IMG/VR virus record: IMGVR_UViG_3300028197_001695
Coordinates: 1-64,000 of that record
Direction: 5' to 3' (one strand)
Source: a virus
DNA length: 64,000 bases
A model generated the notes under the pieces. It ran no database searches and was not told the DNA's origin. It saw only the letters and a program-made list of their open reading frames with translations. Numbering within the stretch: position 1 is the stretch's first letter; every line of letters starts with the position of its first letter. Below, piece after piece: positions 1 through 9,732 of the stretch. Made by a program: the position numbers and the translations under genes.

Positions 1-346
1 AATGTTTCCTTATAGCCTCTAGTTGATAAAGAACAGCCATTGCGTTTGTCTCCATATGATTAACTGGCATCTTCCAACTCACACCAACAAAAGAATTAGC
101 AGCGAAATTGATGAAGTAATCTGGCTTCTCCTCTTCTATCACTGCCTCTGTATTAGCCTGATCTGCAACGTCTAAGTCAATAAGCTTGAAGCGTGGATTA
201 TCTACCAGATGACTAATATTATCATGGTTTTTAACACTTAATCGTCGAACTCCAGCGACAATAGTATGTTCAGTATTCTTCAAAAGGTAGTCTGCCATAA
301 AACTACCGTCTTGACCTGTGACTCCTGTGATTATTACTTTTTTCAT
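1..346 (-). CDS. gmd: GDP-mannose 4,6-dehydratase (runs off the left window edge; not in ORF track)
   Basis: Hand translation from ATG at 346: MKKVIITGVTGQDGSFMADYLL...PDYFINFAANSFVGVSW; the ITGxTGQDG and AAxSFV motifs are typical of Gmd. Confidence 0.9.
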   Translation of the reverse strand, partial: MKKVIITGVTGQDGSFMADYLLKNTEHTIVAGVRRLSVKNHDNISHLVDNPRFKLIDLDVADQANTEAVIEEEKPDYFINFAANSFVGVSWKMPVNHMETNAMAVLYQLEAIRKH

Positions 347-349
347 TTT

Positions 350-1018
350 TTAATTCCAATTAACGGTTTTTTGAGGGGCGAGAATATACCCAGTATGATC
401 TCCTTCAGATGGGTTCCAATCAACATCTAAATTTAAAAGCCCATGTTTCTCTGAAAAAATTTCGTAATTAAAGTCTTTCAATTTATTAAAGTCGAACCCC
501 CCATCTTCTGGCCAAACCCAATGAGGGCAGTCTTTATAATCTTGAACATCTAAATCTCTAGGTTTTGCATGAATCTCGACATACATAATTGGCCTTGCCA
601 TTCTAAAGATATTTGTGAAGGAATTTAAAACCAAAGACTCCATGCCTTCAATGTCAATTTTCATAAAAGTTGGACGCTCTAAATTCTTTTCATTTATAAA
701 ATCATTAATATCAACATACGTAATCTGTTGTTCTGCATCCTGTTCTTCTGTTCTGCAATCTCTAAACTTAGTCTCGCAGGAATATGCCCTATCAAGAAGA
801 GCTACATCGAAATATTGAACATTACCAAACTGAGAAGTATTATTTTTTAAATCTTCAAAGTTTTTAAGGCAGGGTTCGAATGCATATATTTTTTTAGGGG
901 ATGTTGCATTATTAAAAAAAGTAATCGTTTCTCCAATATGCGCTCCAATGTCATACACGACAGAAGAATCATTAATAAAGTTTAAATAAGCTAATTTTTC
1001 TATATTTCTAAAATTCAT
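350..1018 (-). CDS. FkbM-family SAM-dependent methyltransferase
   Basis: VVYDIGAHIG, IYAFEP and FMKIDIEGME motifs. Confidence 0.85.
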   Translation of the reverse strand: MNFRNIEKLAYLNFINDSSVVYDIGAHIGETITFFNNATSPKKIYAFEPCLKNFEDLKNNTSQFGNVQYFDVALLDRAYSCETKFRDCRTEEQDAEQQITYVDINDFINEKNLERPTFMKIDIEGMESLVLNSFTNIFRMARPIMYVEIHAKPRDLDVQDYKDCPHWVWPEDGGFDFNKLKDFNYEIFSEKHGLLNLDVDWNPSEGDHTGYILAPQKTVNWN

Positions 1019-1025
1019 TTTTAAC

Positions 1026-2441
1026 TTAAGGGTAAATAAAGTTAATAATATCTTTATGAGTCATGCTTTCCTTCGGCTCTAAAGTAGTATTTAAAAGTTC
1101 AGGGTTTATCCACCAATCTTCAAAAGGTTTTCCTATATGTTCGCTATGAGCCAAAGTAACGTCTTTGAATAAAACTTTGTAACCGAATAATTCCAATAAA
1201 TCTCTAGACTCTTGAACGCAATTTTCTGTTTCTGGATTATGCAAATCCCAAGTGTGTTCGAACGTCATGCACTTAAATGAGAAACCAGATTCTAGCAAAT
1301 TCTTCAAGCATTTTAAAGAGGCTCCATCAACATCCATAGAAATATAATCAATAACTTTAGGGCATCCGTTCCGCTTTAAGATTTTAATAAACTCTCCAGA
1401 ACTCACATCAATACAGAAACTTTGATTTAACCTTTGCTTCTTGCATTGCTCCGCAAAATTTTCATCTATATCAAAAAGCATTCCTGACCAACCAGATAGC
1501 TCTAATAGTTTAGTATTATTCTCTTCGACAGGAGTTCTACAACCAATGTCTAGAAAAAATCCATGTTCGCCAATTATCTTCTTGGCAAACAAGTCTTGTT
1601 GTTCTTTGCTATATGTCCTTTCGAGTATTGTCTTTTGTAAATACTCTGATACAGGTACATTAATATTAGAAATATAATCAGACTCTATTGAAATTTGATT
1701 TTTATTTCTAGGAGTCCAATTTTCAGAAGTGGAAGAATTTGGATAAAATTTGGTAGAGTAAAAAACTAAGCTTGGGTGAGAAAAAGCAGAAGCTGCCCAA
1801 ACCATCCCAGTATCTGCACTAACTAAAGCCTTACTCCCCAACATCTTTATAAGAGACTCATAATAAGTCCCACTAAATTTTTCAACACCGCTTATACACG
1901 GATCATCTGAGCCACCTAATTGAATTAATTCTAAGTCATTCGAATTACAAAAGCCCTTGACTTCTTCAATCATTCCTTCAGTCAAATTTTTAGCTCTGCC
2001 AAAGCTTGTATATGGAGAAATGCAAATGTAGTTCCCTTGCTCGACCTTTGGGTGGTTTAATTTAAAATCTTGTAATTCTTTAGGAGGTCTTGGCAAACCG
2101 TGCATTAAGCAAAACTCTTCAGTCTGATGCCAGTAATTATACCAATCTGGTATAACGTGTTTTGGCATTGGATTAAAGAATTTAACGTCCCCGTATTTCA
2201 ACTTCAGCCCTTCTATTTTTAACTTATCATTTTCAGTGGGCCAATCATCATAACCATCCCAAATTACAACTTCATCAATATCTTCACTGAGATTAAAAGC
2301 CTCTGCGACATCTTTGTATTTTTTGTTTATTCCATAAAGAAGTCTACAGCTAGGATCAAGAGATTTTACAACTCTTGCCGCAGTCAAACAAATAAAAAGG
2401 TCTCCATATTGGCCTTGATGAAATCCAATATAAGTATTCAT
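1026..2441 (-). CDS. Fusion of GT9-like glycosyltransferase (N-term) and FkbM-like methyltransferase (C-term)
   Basis: N-term GQYGDLFI...LVSADTGMVWAASAFSHP is GT9-like; C-term YSKEQQD...FFLDIGC...NNTKLLE...IDYISMDVDG is FkbM-like. Confidence 0.7.
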   Translation of the reverse strand: MNTYIGFHQGQYGDLFICLTAARVVKSLDPSCRLLYGINKKYKDVAEAFNLSEDIDEVVIWDGYDDWPTENDKLKIEGLKLKYGDVKFFNPMPKHVIPDWYNYWHQTEEFCLMHGLPRPPKELQDFKLNHPKVEQGNYICISPYTSFGRAKNLTEGMIEEVKGFCNSNDLELIQLGGSDDPCISGVEKFSGTYYESLIKMLGSKALVSADTGMVWAASAFSHPSLVFYSTKFYPNSSTSENWTPRNKNQISIESDYISNINVPVSEYLQKTILERTYSKEQQDLFAKKIIGEHGFFLDIGCRTPVEENNTKLLELSGWSGMLFDIDENFAEQCKKQRLNQSFCIDVSSGEFIKILKRNGCPKVIDYISMDVDGASLKCLKNLLESGFSFKCMTFEHTWDLHNPETENCVQESRDLLELFGYKVLFKDVTLAHSEHIGKPFEDWWINPELLNTTLEPKESMTHKDIINFIYP

Positions 2442-3088
2442 ATATTAACAAAGAAATGAGGTGGAATGTTTTTAAATTTATCTTCAGATTTAGGCCAGAC
2501 CATTTTTGAATGCGACCACTCTTTGTTAATCAAAGTAAAGACAACTTGTACAAAAGCCTCTTTGTGAATCCTTACATCTTTAACTTCAAAAGCCATTTGT
2601 TCTAAGAATACTTTAAAGTTTTCAGGAGGATAAATTAAACTTGGATAAATTGTATTGTGAGTTATTGAAGAGTGAGGAATTGTTAAATATAGTAAGCCAT
2701 CTTGTTTGAGAATCTTTTTGATTTCGTAAAGAAGATTGTAGGGGTTTTGAACATGTTCGATGACCTCAAGGCATGTGGCTACATCAACTTGTTTTTCATT
2801 CTTTAGGAAAGAATCTGAGAACTTTTGGTCTAAGTCTACCATTGTATAATCACAATAACTCGTGGCTGCTTCAGAGTCATATCCATCAAAACCAAAAAAC
2901 TTGTTTTTGTCAGAATCTAATCTTTTGAATAAACATCCATAACCACACCCAAAATCTCCAATCCTTTGATTTTTGATCTTTTCCAACTCAAAATCTTTTA
3001 CGAAAAAATCTAATCTAGCACCATGATCACGTTCATAGTTTTCTTCTGGTTGCCTATCGAAAAAATCACAAAAATTATTGTCCTTCAT
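2438..3088 (-). CDS. Class I SAM-dependent methyltransferase
   Basis: IGDFGCGYG motif I; DVATCLEVIEHVQNP; LKQDGLLYLTIP. Confidence 0.85.
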   Translation of the reverse strand: MKDNNFCDFFDRQPEENYERDHGARLDFFVKDFELEKIKNQRIGDFGCGYGCLFKRLDSDKNKFFGFDGYDSEAATSYCDYTMVDLDQKFSDSFLKNEKQVDVATCLEVIEHVQNPYNLLYEIKKILKQDGLLYLTIPHSSITHNTIYPSLIYPPENFKVFLEQMAFEVKDVRIHKEAFVQVVFTLINKEWSHSKMVWPKSEDKFKNIPPHFFVNI

Positions 3089-3900
3089 ATCTTAAAAGTC
3101 CTTTCTATCGAATTATTATAAGGAAATATCGAAGAAATTCTATTCTCTAAAATATTTTTTAACCCAATTGCGAAATATTGAGGATCAGAGTAAAGAGGTA
3201 AACCCCTCTCTTGGAATGGTAACCACCTCGCTTTAATCATCGGATTAGTTACTCCCACTTGTGAATAGTAGTCAGCAGTTTCTATTGTAGGAACTCCATT
3301 GGCATAAGCCATATACTTAAAACCAGAATCAATGGTTACAAAAACTTTAGCCCCCATTACGGTAATACATGCCTCCTCAATACTAGAGCAAACTATTTTA
3401 ACTTTATCCAAAACATCAGAGTAACGTTCTTTTTCTTTCTCTGTGCAAATCGCGACTAGCTTATTGCCAGTATCATAAAGAGAGTTGACCAGTTTGGTGA
3501 TATAATCCTTCTTAAGATTTTTTGGCTCCCATAAATTATGAGTCAAGTGCAAACAAACATAATCTCCTTTTGGGGCTGTGATCTCTGGTTTTGGGAAGTA
3601 ATAGAATCTACTCAACCAATCAAAATCATAAGTCGTCCATTCCATTTTGTCGATATGGAGATCATAAAAGAAATCATAATCACTCTTATCAACCTCCCCC
3701 AAAAAACAATATCTGTCAGACATGCTTGGATAAAACCTCTCTAAAACATCTAGTTGGTAAGTCTCTCCTCTATTATTATCAAAAGCGAAAGTAATATGAC
3801 AATCAGAGTTATGTTCTCTGATAGCAGGAATAAATCTATTAGACAAAAGACAATCTCCTAACCCGCCCTCTACCCTAACAAGGACTTTAGATTGTGTCAT
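3085..3900 (-). CDS. GT9-like glycosyltransferase (start moved from 3972 to the ATG overlapping the upstream gene end)
   Basis: EGGLGDCLL and FVTIDSGFKYMAYANGVP motifs. Confidence 0.7.
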   Translation of the reverse strand: MTQSKVLVRVEGGLGDCLLSNRFIPAIREHNSDCHITFAFDNNRGETYQLDVLERFYPSMSDRYCFLGEVDKSDYDFFYDLHIDKMEWTTYDFDWLSRFYYFPKPEITAPKGDYVCLHLTHNLWEPKNLKKDYITKLVNSLYDTGNKLVAICTEKEKERYSDVLDKVKIVCSSIEEACITVMGAKVFVTIDSGFKYMAYANGVPTIETADYYSQVGVTNPMIKARWLPFQERGLPLYSDPQYFAIGLKNILENRISSIFPYNNSIERTFKI

Positions 3901-4498
3901 AGAGGTCATTTTGTTTTTCTTGCTTCTGAATGTCCTTAACATGAAGGATGCAAAAATGCTCAATAGGATCACTAGATAATTTAGCTTGATTATTTGCTCC
4001 AGCTAAAACCTCATGAACTTTATTCTGCCACTTAACATGACCTTTGGTAGAAACAAAGCGAGATTGAAAATCAGGGAATCCCTCCCAACCCATTTCGTTT
4101 ATGGTCCAGTTATATTTTTTGATGTGTTCTCCTGTCGCCCCGCGAACGATATTAATCCTTGGAATCCAAAGCAGATCAATACCTCCTTTTTGAACAACTG
4201 ACCTTAATGCATTTAATAAAGACGGTGGTATTTGTTCATCAGCGTCAATCTGCATCAAGTAGTCTTTTGTAGATAACTCAAATAATGTATTCTTAAACTC
4301 AGAAAAATCTTTATTAAAATCAAAGTAGTTTACCTTCAATCCGCAAAGTTCGCAGAACTCTTCAATCTCTTTAGTTACTTTGTTCTTATCTGCCAAGATG
4401 ACAATCTCTTCGTCTGGTAAAACATATGGCTCAAGTGAATTAATTAATCTTTTAAATTCGAAAAGCTCGTCTGCTACCGTTATCCCGTAAGTGATCAT
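3887..4498 (-). CDS. GT2-family glycosyltransferase (start moved to ATG 4498, downstream of the terminator)
   Basis: ITYGITVADE...DEEIVILAD...YLMQIDADE (DxD motif). Confidence 0.8.
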   Translation of the reverse strand: MITYGITVADELFEFKRLINSLEPYVLPDEEIVILADKNKVTKEIEEFCELCGLKVNYFDFNKDFSEFKNTLFELSTKDYLMQIDADEQIPPSLLNALRSVVQKGGIDLLWIPRINIVRGATGEHIKKYNWTINEMGWEGFPDFQSRFVSTKGHVKWQNKVHEVLAGANNQAKLSSDPIEHFCILHVKDIQKQEKQNDLYDTI

Positions 4499-4536
4499 AA
4501 AAAAACTCCTTCTAGGTAAGCACAACCTAGAAGGAG
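4499..4536 (-). terminator. Rho-independent terminator after hsp20
   Basis: Perfect 11-bp stem CTCCTTCTAGG/CCTAGAAGGAG followed by a T7 tract on the minus strand. Confidence 0.8.
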
Positions 4537-4558
4537 CGATATAAGTCACTTCAAAGCT

Positions 4559-4984
4559 TTACTTAACTTCAATCATTATATCTTTTTTCTCCTCTTTTTC
4601 TAGAGGTATTTTGACTCTCAGTAGGCCATTCTTGTATTCTGCCTGAATGGAGTCCTTATCAACGTTCTGGTGCAAGGTAAAGTGCTTCTTGACAGATCGT
4701 CGAGATATTTTTCTATGGTAGAATTCAGCATCATCATCTTTTTGTTGAGATCCCGCCTCAATCTTTAAGGTTTGGCCAGATACAGATACAGAAATATCTT
4801 CCTGATCTAATCCAACTAATGCAAACTCAAGAATAAAATTATCATCCTTGTCCTTGTAAGCATCGTAAGGCTCTGAGCCTGAATACAATGGAGTATTAGC
4901 TTCATTAGCTAACAACTGCATACGCTTAAAGATATCTCCCTCGAAAACCAAGGGAGCCAACATTTTATTTATCATCATTGTCAT
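4559..4984 (-). CDS. Small heat shock protein (Hsp20/IbpA family)
   Basis: PYDAY...FILEFALVG...YHRKISRR...AEYKNGLLRV alpha-crystallin motifs. Confidence 0.9.
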   Translation of the reverse strand: MTMMINKMLAPLVFEGDIFKRMQLLANEANTPLYSGSEPYDAYKDKDDNFILEFALVGLDQEDISVSVSGQTLKIEAGSQQKDDDAEFYHRKISRRSVKKHFTLHQNVDKDSIQAEYKNGLLRVKIPLEKEEKKDIMIEVK

Positions 4985-5064
4985 ACTACTATTTTTAGTT
5001 AGTTTTTGTTTTTCTAGCCCCGTTTTGGGTGCTGGAAATTCTCAGACAATAGAGGTATACTAAA

Positions 5065-5166
5065 TCAATCCTCGTCGAATTGTGCTTCGTCAATACGATC
5101 TAGTATAAATGCTATTGTTTCGTCGAGTTCTACCTCGTCTGTAAAATTAATTTCTGGTTCGGTCAT
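5065..5166 (-). CDS. 33-aa highly acidic micropeptide (not in ORF track)
   Basis: MTEPEINFTDEVELDETIAFILDRIDEAQFDED*; GTGTA motif upstream at 5179-5183. Confidence 0.5.
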   Translation of the reverse strand: MTEPEINFTDEVELDETIAFILDRIDEAQFDED

Positions 5167-5178
5167 AGTGCATGTATA

Positions 5179-5183
5179 TACAC
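5179..5183 (-). promoter_or_regulatory. GTGTA candidate late-promoter motif
   Basis: GTGTA-TATACATGCACT-ATG(5166). Confidence 0.4.
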
Positions 5184-5204
5184 AATCCAGAACCTTGGGG
5201 AAAT

Positions 5205-6851
5205 TTACCCTTCGCAAGATTTACATTCCATCATAGATCTTGCTAACTCTTGGCTAGGATTAGCACTTCTTTGATAATAGAAGCCTTTAATTCCATTCTG
5301 CCATCCATAAATCAAAAGCTGATTCACTTCTTTAGCAGGAGCTTTAGGGGCGACCATGATATTTAAAGATTGACCTTGATCGATATACTTTTGTCTTTGG
5401 GATGCTTGGATAACAATTTCTTTTTGACTGATTTCTCCAAAAGTTTTAAATACCTCCTTCTCATCATCAGACAAGAAGGATAAATGCTGCACTGACCCTC
5501 CTTTCCCTAGAACACTCATCCAAACATCATCATTATCTTTACCCTTCTCGACTAAGAGGGTTTTGAGGTAAGGATTTCTAAAGGTAAATTTACCTTTGGC
5601 GAGATCTTTAGTAAAATAATTACCATTGAGAGGTTCGATAGATGGAGAAACCTGACCTAAAATAAAGGAACTACTAGTGGTTGGCGCAATAGCTAGAGTG
5701 GTGGTATTTCGACGACCATAACCCTCACAATGCATAGGCTCCCCTAAACCTTCAGCCATTTCTGCTGTAGCATTATCCGCACGTTGACGAATGGTTTTCC
5801 AAATAGAACTATTCTGCATCTTAGCCTCCATACTCTCAAAGCTAATCATCTTACTTTGTAGGTAAGAATGCCAACCAAGAACCCCCATGCCCAAAGCCCT
5901 ATGACGCTTGGCGAAGTTATGAGAAGACTCCATGAATGGGATATTTTTCGTCTTTAGGATATACTCCTCCATTACCGCATCAAGGAACATCACTAGGGTC
6001 TCAACAGCATCAGTCTTTTCTATCTCTTCCCATCTTACAAGATTCAAAGAAGATAAACAACAAACAAAAGACTCATCTTCTTTAGACGGTAAGCTAATCT
6101 CGTTGCAAAGATTAGAAGCGTAAATCTTCATATCTTTATCTTTGTAGCAGTCAGGAGCATTCTTATTTGCTGTATCTTGGAAAAAGATATATGGATATCC
6201 AGTCTCAAAACGCTTTCTAATTACAGAAGCCCAAAGCTGACGTTTTTCTGTATCACCATCAATCATGCTTTGCATCCAATCATCAGTTACAGTAAGGGCG
6301 AAAGACATATCTTGAATGGCGTTACCCTCACTCTTAATGCGGAGAAACTCTTTTACATCAGGATGTTCGATAGGGAGATAAGCCGCGAAAGAACCACGAC
6401 GAACATTCCCCTGAGAAACAACAGCAGCAACTTTATCAAACAGCTCCATAAAATGGACTGCTCCAGATGATTCGCCACCAGAATTGATTGGTGCTCCACG
6501 CTCGCGAAGATCACCAAAATAAGCAGAAGTCCCTGACCCGTGCTTAGTCTGCATTCCTACCTCAGACTGTTTGGCTAAGATGCCATCCATTCTGTCAGGA
6601 ACGTAGACTCCGTTACAGGATATCGGTAGACCACGATCACGACCAAAATTAGACCAAACAGGGGAAGCTAAGGAATAAAATCCCTGCTTCATATAAGACT
6701 CAAACTTGTCAGCAAACCCGTCCATGCTTAGATACGCTTCAGCAGTATCTGCAATATCACGAATCCTCTGCTCTGGAGTTTCACCCTTCTTTAGATATCC
6801 CCTCTCAAGAAATAACCTTGAGTCATCATTTAGCCAATAGTAGTCTGTCAT
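5205..6851 (-). CDS. nrdA: Ribonucleotide reductase class I alpha subunit, without ATP cone
   Basis: SNLCNE catalytic motif, IAPTTSSS, YYQRS, C-terminal CKSCEG. Confidence 0.95.
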   Translation of the reverse strand: MTDYYWLNDDSRLFLERGYLKKGETPEQRIRDIADTAEAYLSMDGFADKFESYMKQGFYSLASPVWSNFGRDRGLPISCNGVYVPDRMDGILAKQSEVGMQTKHGSGTSAYFGDLRERGAPINSGGESSGAVHFMELFDKVAAVVSQGNVRRGSFAAYLPIEHPDVKEFLRIKSEGNAIQDMSFALTVTDDWMQSMIDGDTEKRQLWASVIRKRFETGYPYIFFQDTANKNAPDCYKDKDMKIYASNLCNEISLPSKEDESFVCCLSSLNLVRWEEIEKTDAVETLVMFLDAVMEEYILKTKNIPFMESSHNFAKRHRALGMGVLGWHSYLQSKMISFESMEAKMQNSSIWKTIRQRADNATAEMAEGLGEPMHCEGYGRRNTTTLAIAPTTSSSFILGQVSPSIEPLNGNYFTKDLAKGKFTFRNPYLKTLLVEKGKDNDDVWMSVLGKGGSVQHLSFLSDDEKEVFKTFGEISQKEIVIQASQRQKYIDQGQSLNIMVAPKAPAKEVNQLLIYGWQNGIKGFYYQRSANPSQELARSMMECKSCEG

Positions 6852-7823
6852 TTAAAACAAGTCTTCTGCGTTGAACGTCTGCGAATTTTTTGAATACTCG
6901 ACTGGTCGAGCATAAAAGAAGTCAGTAGCATTATTGCCAAGTAACTCCTCTTCAAACCAGATGGTATCTTTCAGCAGATTTTTGTCAACATCAAAAGCTT
7001 GTTTAAAGCCGATTCTTTCCATAGAATCGTTGATTCTATTTTTAATGAACTCCTTGAGGACAATTCCATTCAATCCCTTCTCACGTATGCCATTAATCAT
7101 CCAATCTACGATTTTACTCTCAGCATTAAATGCTTGTTGAGCTTCGTCAAGAACTCGTTGTTCCAATTCCTCGTCAAAAAGCTCAGGATGCTCTTCGCGG
7201 ATAGTATTAATGATCTTCATTCCAACGAGAGCATGGAGGTTCTCTTCATTACGAGTATACTTAACTTGTTGATCAGTGTCCTTTAGAACATTTTTGTTTC
7301 TAGCAAACCAGTTTATTACGTAAAATTGGGAAAACAGCGACACGTTTTCTACAAAAAGGGTGAACAGGATTAAAGCATAAACATATTGCTTCTTGCTATT
7401 CTTATAAAACTTATGCGTATATTTACGAAGGTAGTTCACTCGACCCTCAATGAAGTCAAGCTTCAAATTTTCCTCAAATACATCTTCTAGACCCAATACC
7501 TCAAGCAAGCGTTCATAGGCGTTATTGTGAATAACCTCTACGTTTGCCATAACGAACCCCAAATCACTCAATGATGGGTGTGGCAAATTATCACCAAGCT
7601 TACTCCAGAACTTTTTAACAGCAACTTCGATCTGCCCAATAGCAGAAAGTGTTCTAACGATTATCTCTTTCTCCCTCTCATCAAGCGAAACATTGAAGTC
7701 CTGAATATCAGAAGAAAAGCTAAATTCTTTATCGGTCCAGAACCCATTATGCATTGCCTCAATAAACTCTCCTGCCCACGGATAATGGTCAGGCTTCCTC
7801 GATATTTGCTCTTCAAAAATCAT
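6852..7823 (-). CDS. nrdB: Ribonucleotide reductase class I beta subunit (start moved to ATG 7823)
   Basis: FWTDKE, EVIHNNAY and RNEENLH metal-ligand motifs. Confidence 0.95.
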   Translation of the reverse strand: MIFEEQISRKPDHYPWAGEFIEAMHNGFWTDKEFSFSSDIQDFNVSLDEREKEIIVRTLSAIGQIEVAVKKFWSKLGDNLPHPSLSDLGFVMANVEVIHNNAYERLLEVLGLEDVFEENLKLDFIEGRVNYLRKYTHKFYKNSKKQYVYALILFTLFVENVSLFSQFYVINWFARNKNVLKDTDQQVKYTRNEENLHALVGMKIINTIREEHPELFDEELEQRVLDEAQQAFNAESKIVDWMINGIREKGLNGIVLKEFIKNRINDSMERIGFKQAFDVDKNLLKDTIWFEEELLGNNATDFFYARPVEYSKNSQTFNAEDLF

Positions 7824-7835
7824 TGTGTATCTATT

Positions 7836-7840
7836 TACAC
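7836..7840 (-). promoter_or_regulatory. GTGTA candidate late-promoter motif
   Basis: GTGTA-AATAGATACACA-ATG(nrdB). Confidence 0.5.
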
Positions 7841-8068
7841 GGTTGTCAAAAATGGGCAATGAAAAAATGAAAAAAGTTGGCAAAGCCATTATATTAATGC
7901 GAACGCAGTGAGTATTAATATAATACGAATCCTAACAGCACTGTAAGGATACGTACCCTTACTACTGCGGCTTCCAATACGTCCATTATAATTACTGAGA
8001 AAAATCCGTCAACAAAAAAGTTTTAGTTGATTTTTTGTAGATTTTTCCTAGCATAATCGTAGTTAGGT

Positions 8069-8656
8069 ATGGACAATCAAGCTACTGACCCCGAATTAAC
8101 AAATTTGATCAAAGAGGAGGATCATGAGGAGGCATTAAATGTTTTAATATGCAGACACTCTGGCATATACATTGACATGGTTAGGAGGTATGCGTCGAAG
8201 TCTCTCCCCACAAATGACATAGCGGATATTATCAATGACAAAGATTATATTATCTACAAGGCAGCTTTAGATTACGATGAACTTAAAGCTAAGTTCTCAA
8301 CTCATGTTGGTAACAAAGCCAAATACCTTTGTTTAAGCAGAAAGACTGCTCGAAAGAAAAACAAAACCACATTGTCCTTCGATTCTATTGACTATGCAGA
8401 GGAGTCAAAAGATTTACACCCAGATCAAAGCTGTGAAATCAGAGAAAGCTTTTCCTCAATCATTGATTTGATCAATAATCATCGCGACGAAAGAGTAAAA
8501 ATTATTTTTAAAGAAAGATATTTTGGAGGAGAGGGAAGCAAGCTCAACACTTGGAAGAATATTGGAGACAAGATTGGCATATCTGCTCAAGGATGCATAA
8601 ACATACATGACAAGTCTTTAGAAGAATTTAAAAAACAAATTAAAAAAAATGCATAA
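8069..8656 (+). CDS. Sigma-70-family phage sigma factor (region 2 and region 4 like)
   Basis: ALNVLICRHSGIYIDMVRRY...KAALDYD...KFSTHV (region 2); IIFKERYF...TWKNIGDKIGISAQGCINIHDKSL (region 4 HTH). Confidence 0.75.
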   Translation: MDNQATDPELTNLIKEEDHEEALNVLICRHSGIYIDMVRRYASKSLPTNDIADIINDKDYIIYKAALDYDELKAKFSTHVGNKAKYLCLSRKTARKKNKTTLSFDSIDYAEESKDLHPDQSCEIRESFSSIIDLINNHRDERVKIIFKERYFGGEGSKLNTWKNIGDKIGISAQGCINIHDKSLEEFKKQIKKNA

Positions 8657-9731
8657 ACTGAATTTTGATGCGCCATTTAACTCCTTAAGCTTAGGGAACG
8701 TTTCTCTAAATTTCCTAAGAGAATTAAAGAAAAAAGATTTAGACTTAAATATTTTCTCGATAGGGAACTTAGATTTCTCTGCATTTGATAAATTGTCCGA
8801 CGAAGACGGTCAATATATTAAGGAAAACTCAAACAATTCCCTCAAACGATTTGAAAGATCAACTCCGACTTTAAAGGTATGGCACATCAATGGTTCAGAA
8901 AAAAAGATTGGGGATAATCAATTTCTGTATACTTTTTATGAAGTAGACTCTCCGACAGAGGAAGAGATTAGTATTGTGAAAGCTCAGAATCATGTTTTCT
9001 TTTCTTGTTCTGAAGCTGCTCAAGTATTTAAGGATAAGGGGTGCGACAATGTGTCCTATGTCCCCCTTGGTTTCGATCCAGATTTCTGTAAGACAAATAA
9101 AGAATACCTTGGTGACGATGTAATTCATTTTGGCCTTATTGGGAAAATGGAGCGAAGGAAAAATACTCAAGCTCTCATACAACTATGGTGTAATAAATTT
9201 GGCAACAATCCAAGATATCAACTAACCTGTTTGGTAGGCAACCCTTTCTTGAAAAACGAGCAAATGAATCAAATGCTTTCCCAAGCTATGAATCATCAAA
9301 AGTATTCTAATGTAAACTTTTTGCCTCGACTTAAGACAAATAGCGAAGTCAATGATTTAATCAACTCAATTGATATTGACTTGTCTGGTTTGTCCAATGG
9401 AGAAGGTTGGAATCTTCCAGCATTCAACGCTACAGCCCTTGGTAAGTGGTCTATAATTAGTAATTGTAGTTCTCATAAGGATTGGGCTAACGAAGGCAAT
9501 TCTTTACTTTTAAACCCTATCGGCAAACAACCTTGCTATGACAACATCTTTTTCCACGAAGGATCTAAGTTTAACCAAGGAGAATATTATCGACTCCACG
9601 GAGATCAGATTTCAGCGGCAATTGATCAATCTGTTCAGATGGCGAAGTCAGAAAATACAGAGGGTTTAAAATTGCAAAAAAAATTCACATACGAGAAAAC
9701 CATTGAAAAAATTCTAGAAAAAATCTACTAA
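8649..9731 (+). CDS. GT4-like (GT-B) glycosyltransferase
   Basis: YVPLGFDP, FGLIGKMERRKN, EGWNLPAFNATALGK. Confidence 0.8.
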   Translation: MHKLNFDAPFNSLSLGNVSLNFLRELKKKDLDLNIFSIGNLDFSAFDKLSDEDGQYIKENSNNSLKRFERSTPTLKVWHINGSEKKIGDNQFLYTFYEVDSPTEEEISIVKAQNHVFFSCSEAAQVFKDKGCDNVSYVPLGFDPDFCKTNKEYLGDDVIHFGLIGKMERRKNTQALIQLWCNKFGNNPRYQLTCLVGNPFLKNEQMNQMLSQAMNHQKYSNVNFLPRLKTNSEVNDLINSIDIDLSGLSNGEGWNLPAFNATALGKWSIISNCSSHKDWANEGNSLLLNPIGKQPCYDNIFFHEGSKFNQGEYYRLHGDQISAAIDQSVQMAKSENTEGLKLQKKFTYEKTIEKILEKIY

Positions 9732-9732
9732 T

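Noticed and set aside
5012-5040. CIRCE or ROSE-like element upstream of hsp20
   Set aside because: One arm (CCAGCACCC) resembles TTAGCACTC, but the spacer is 5 nt rather than 9, the second arm is degenerate, and there is no SD to occlude.
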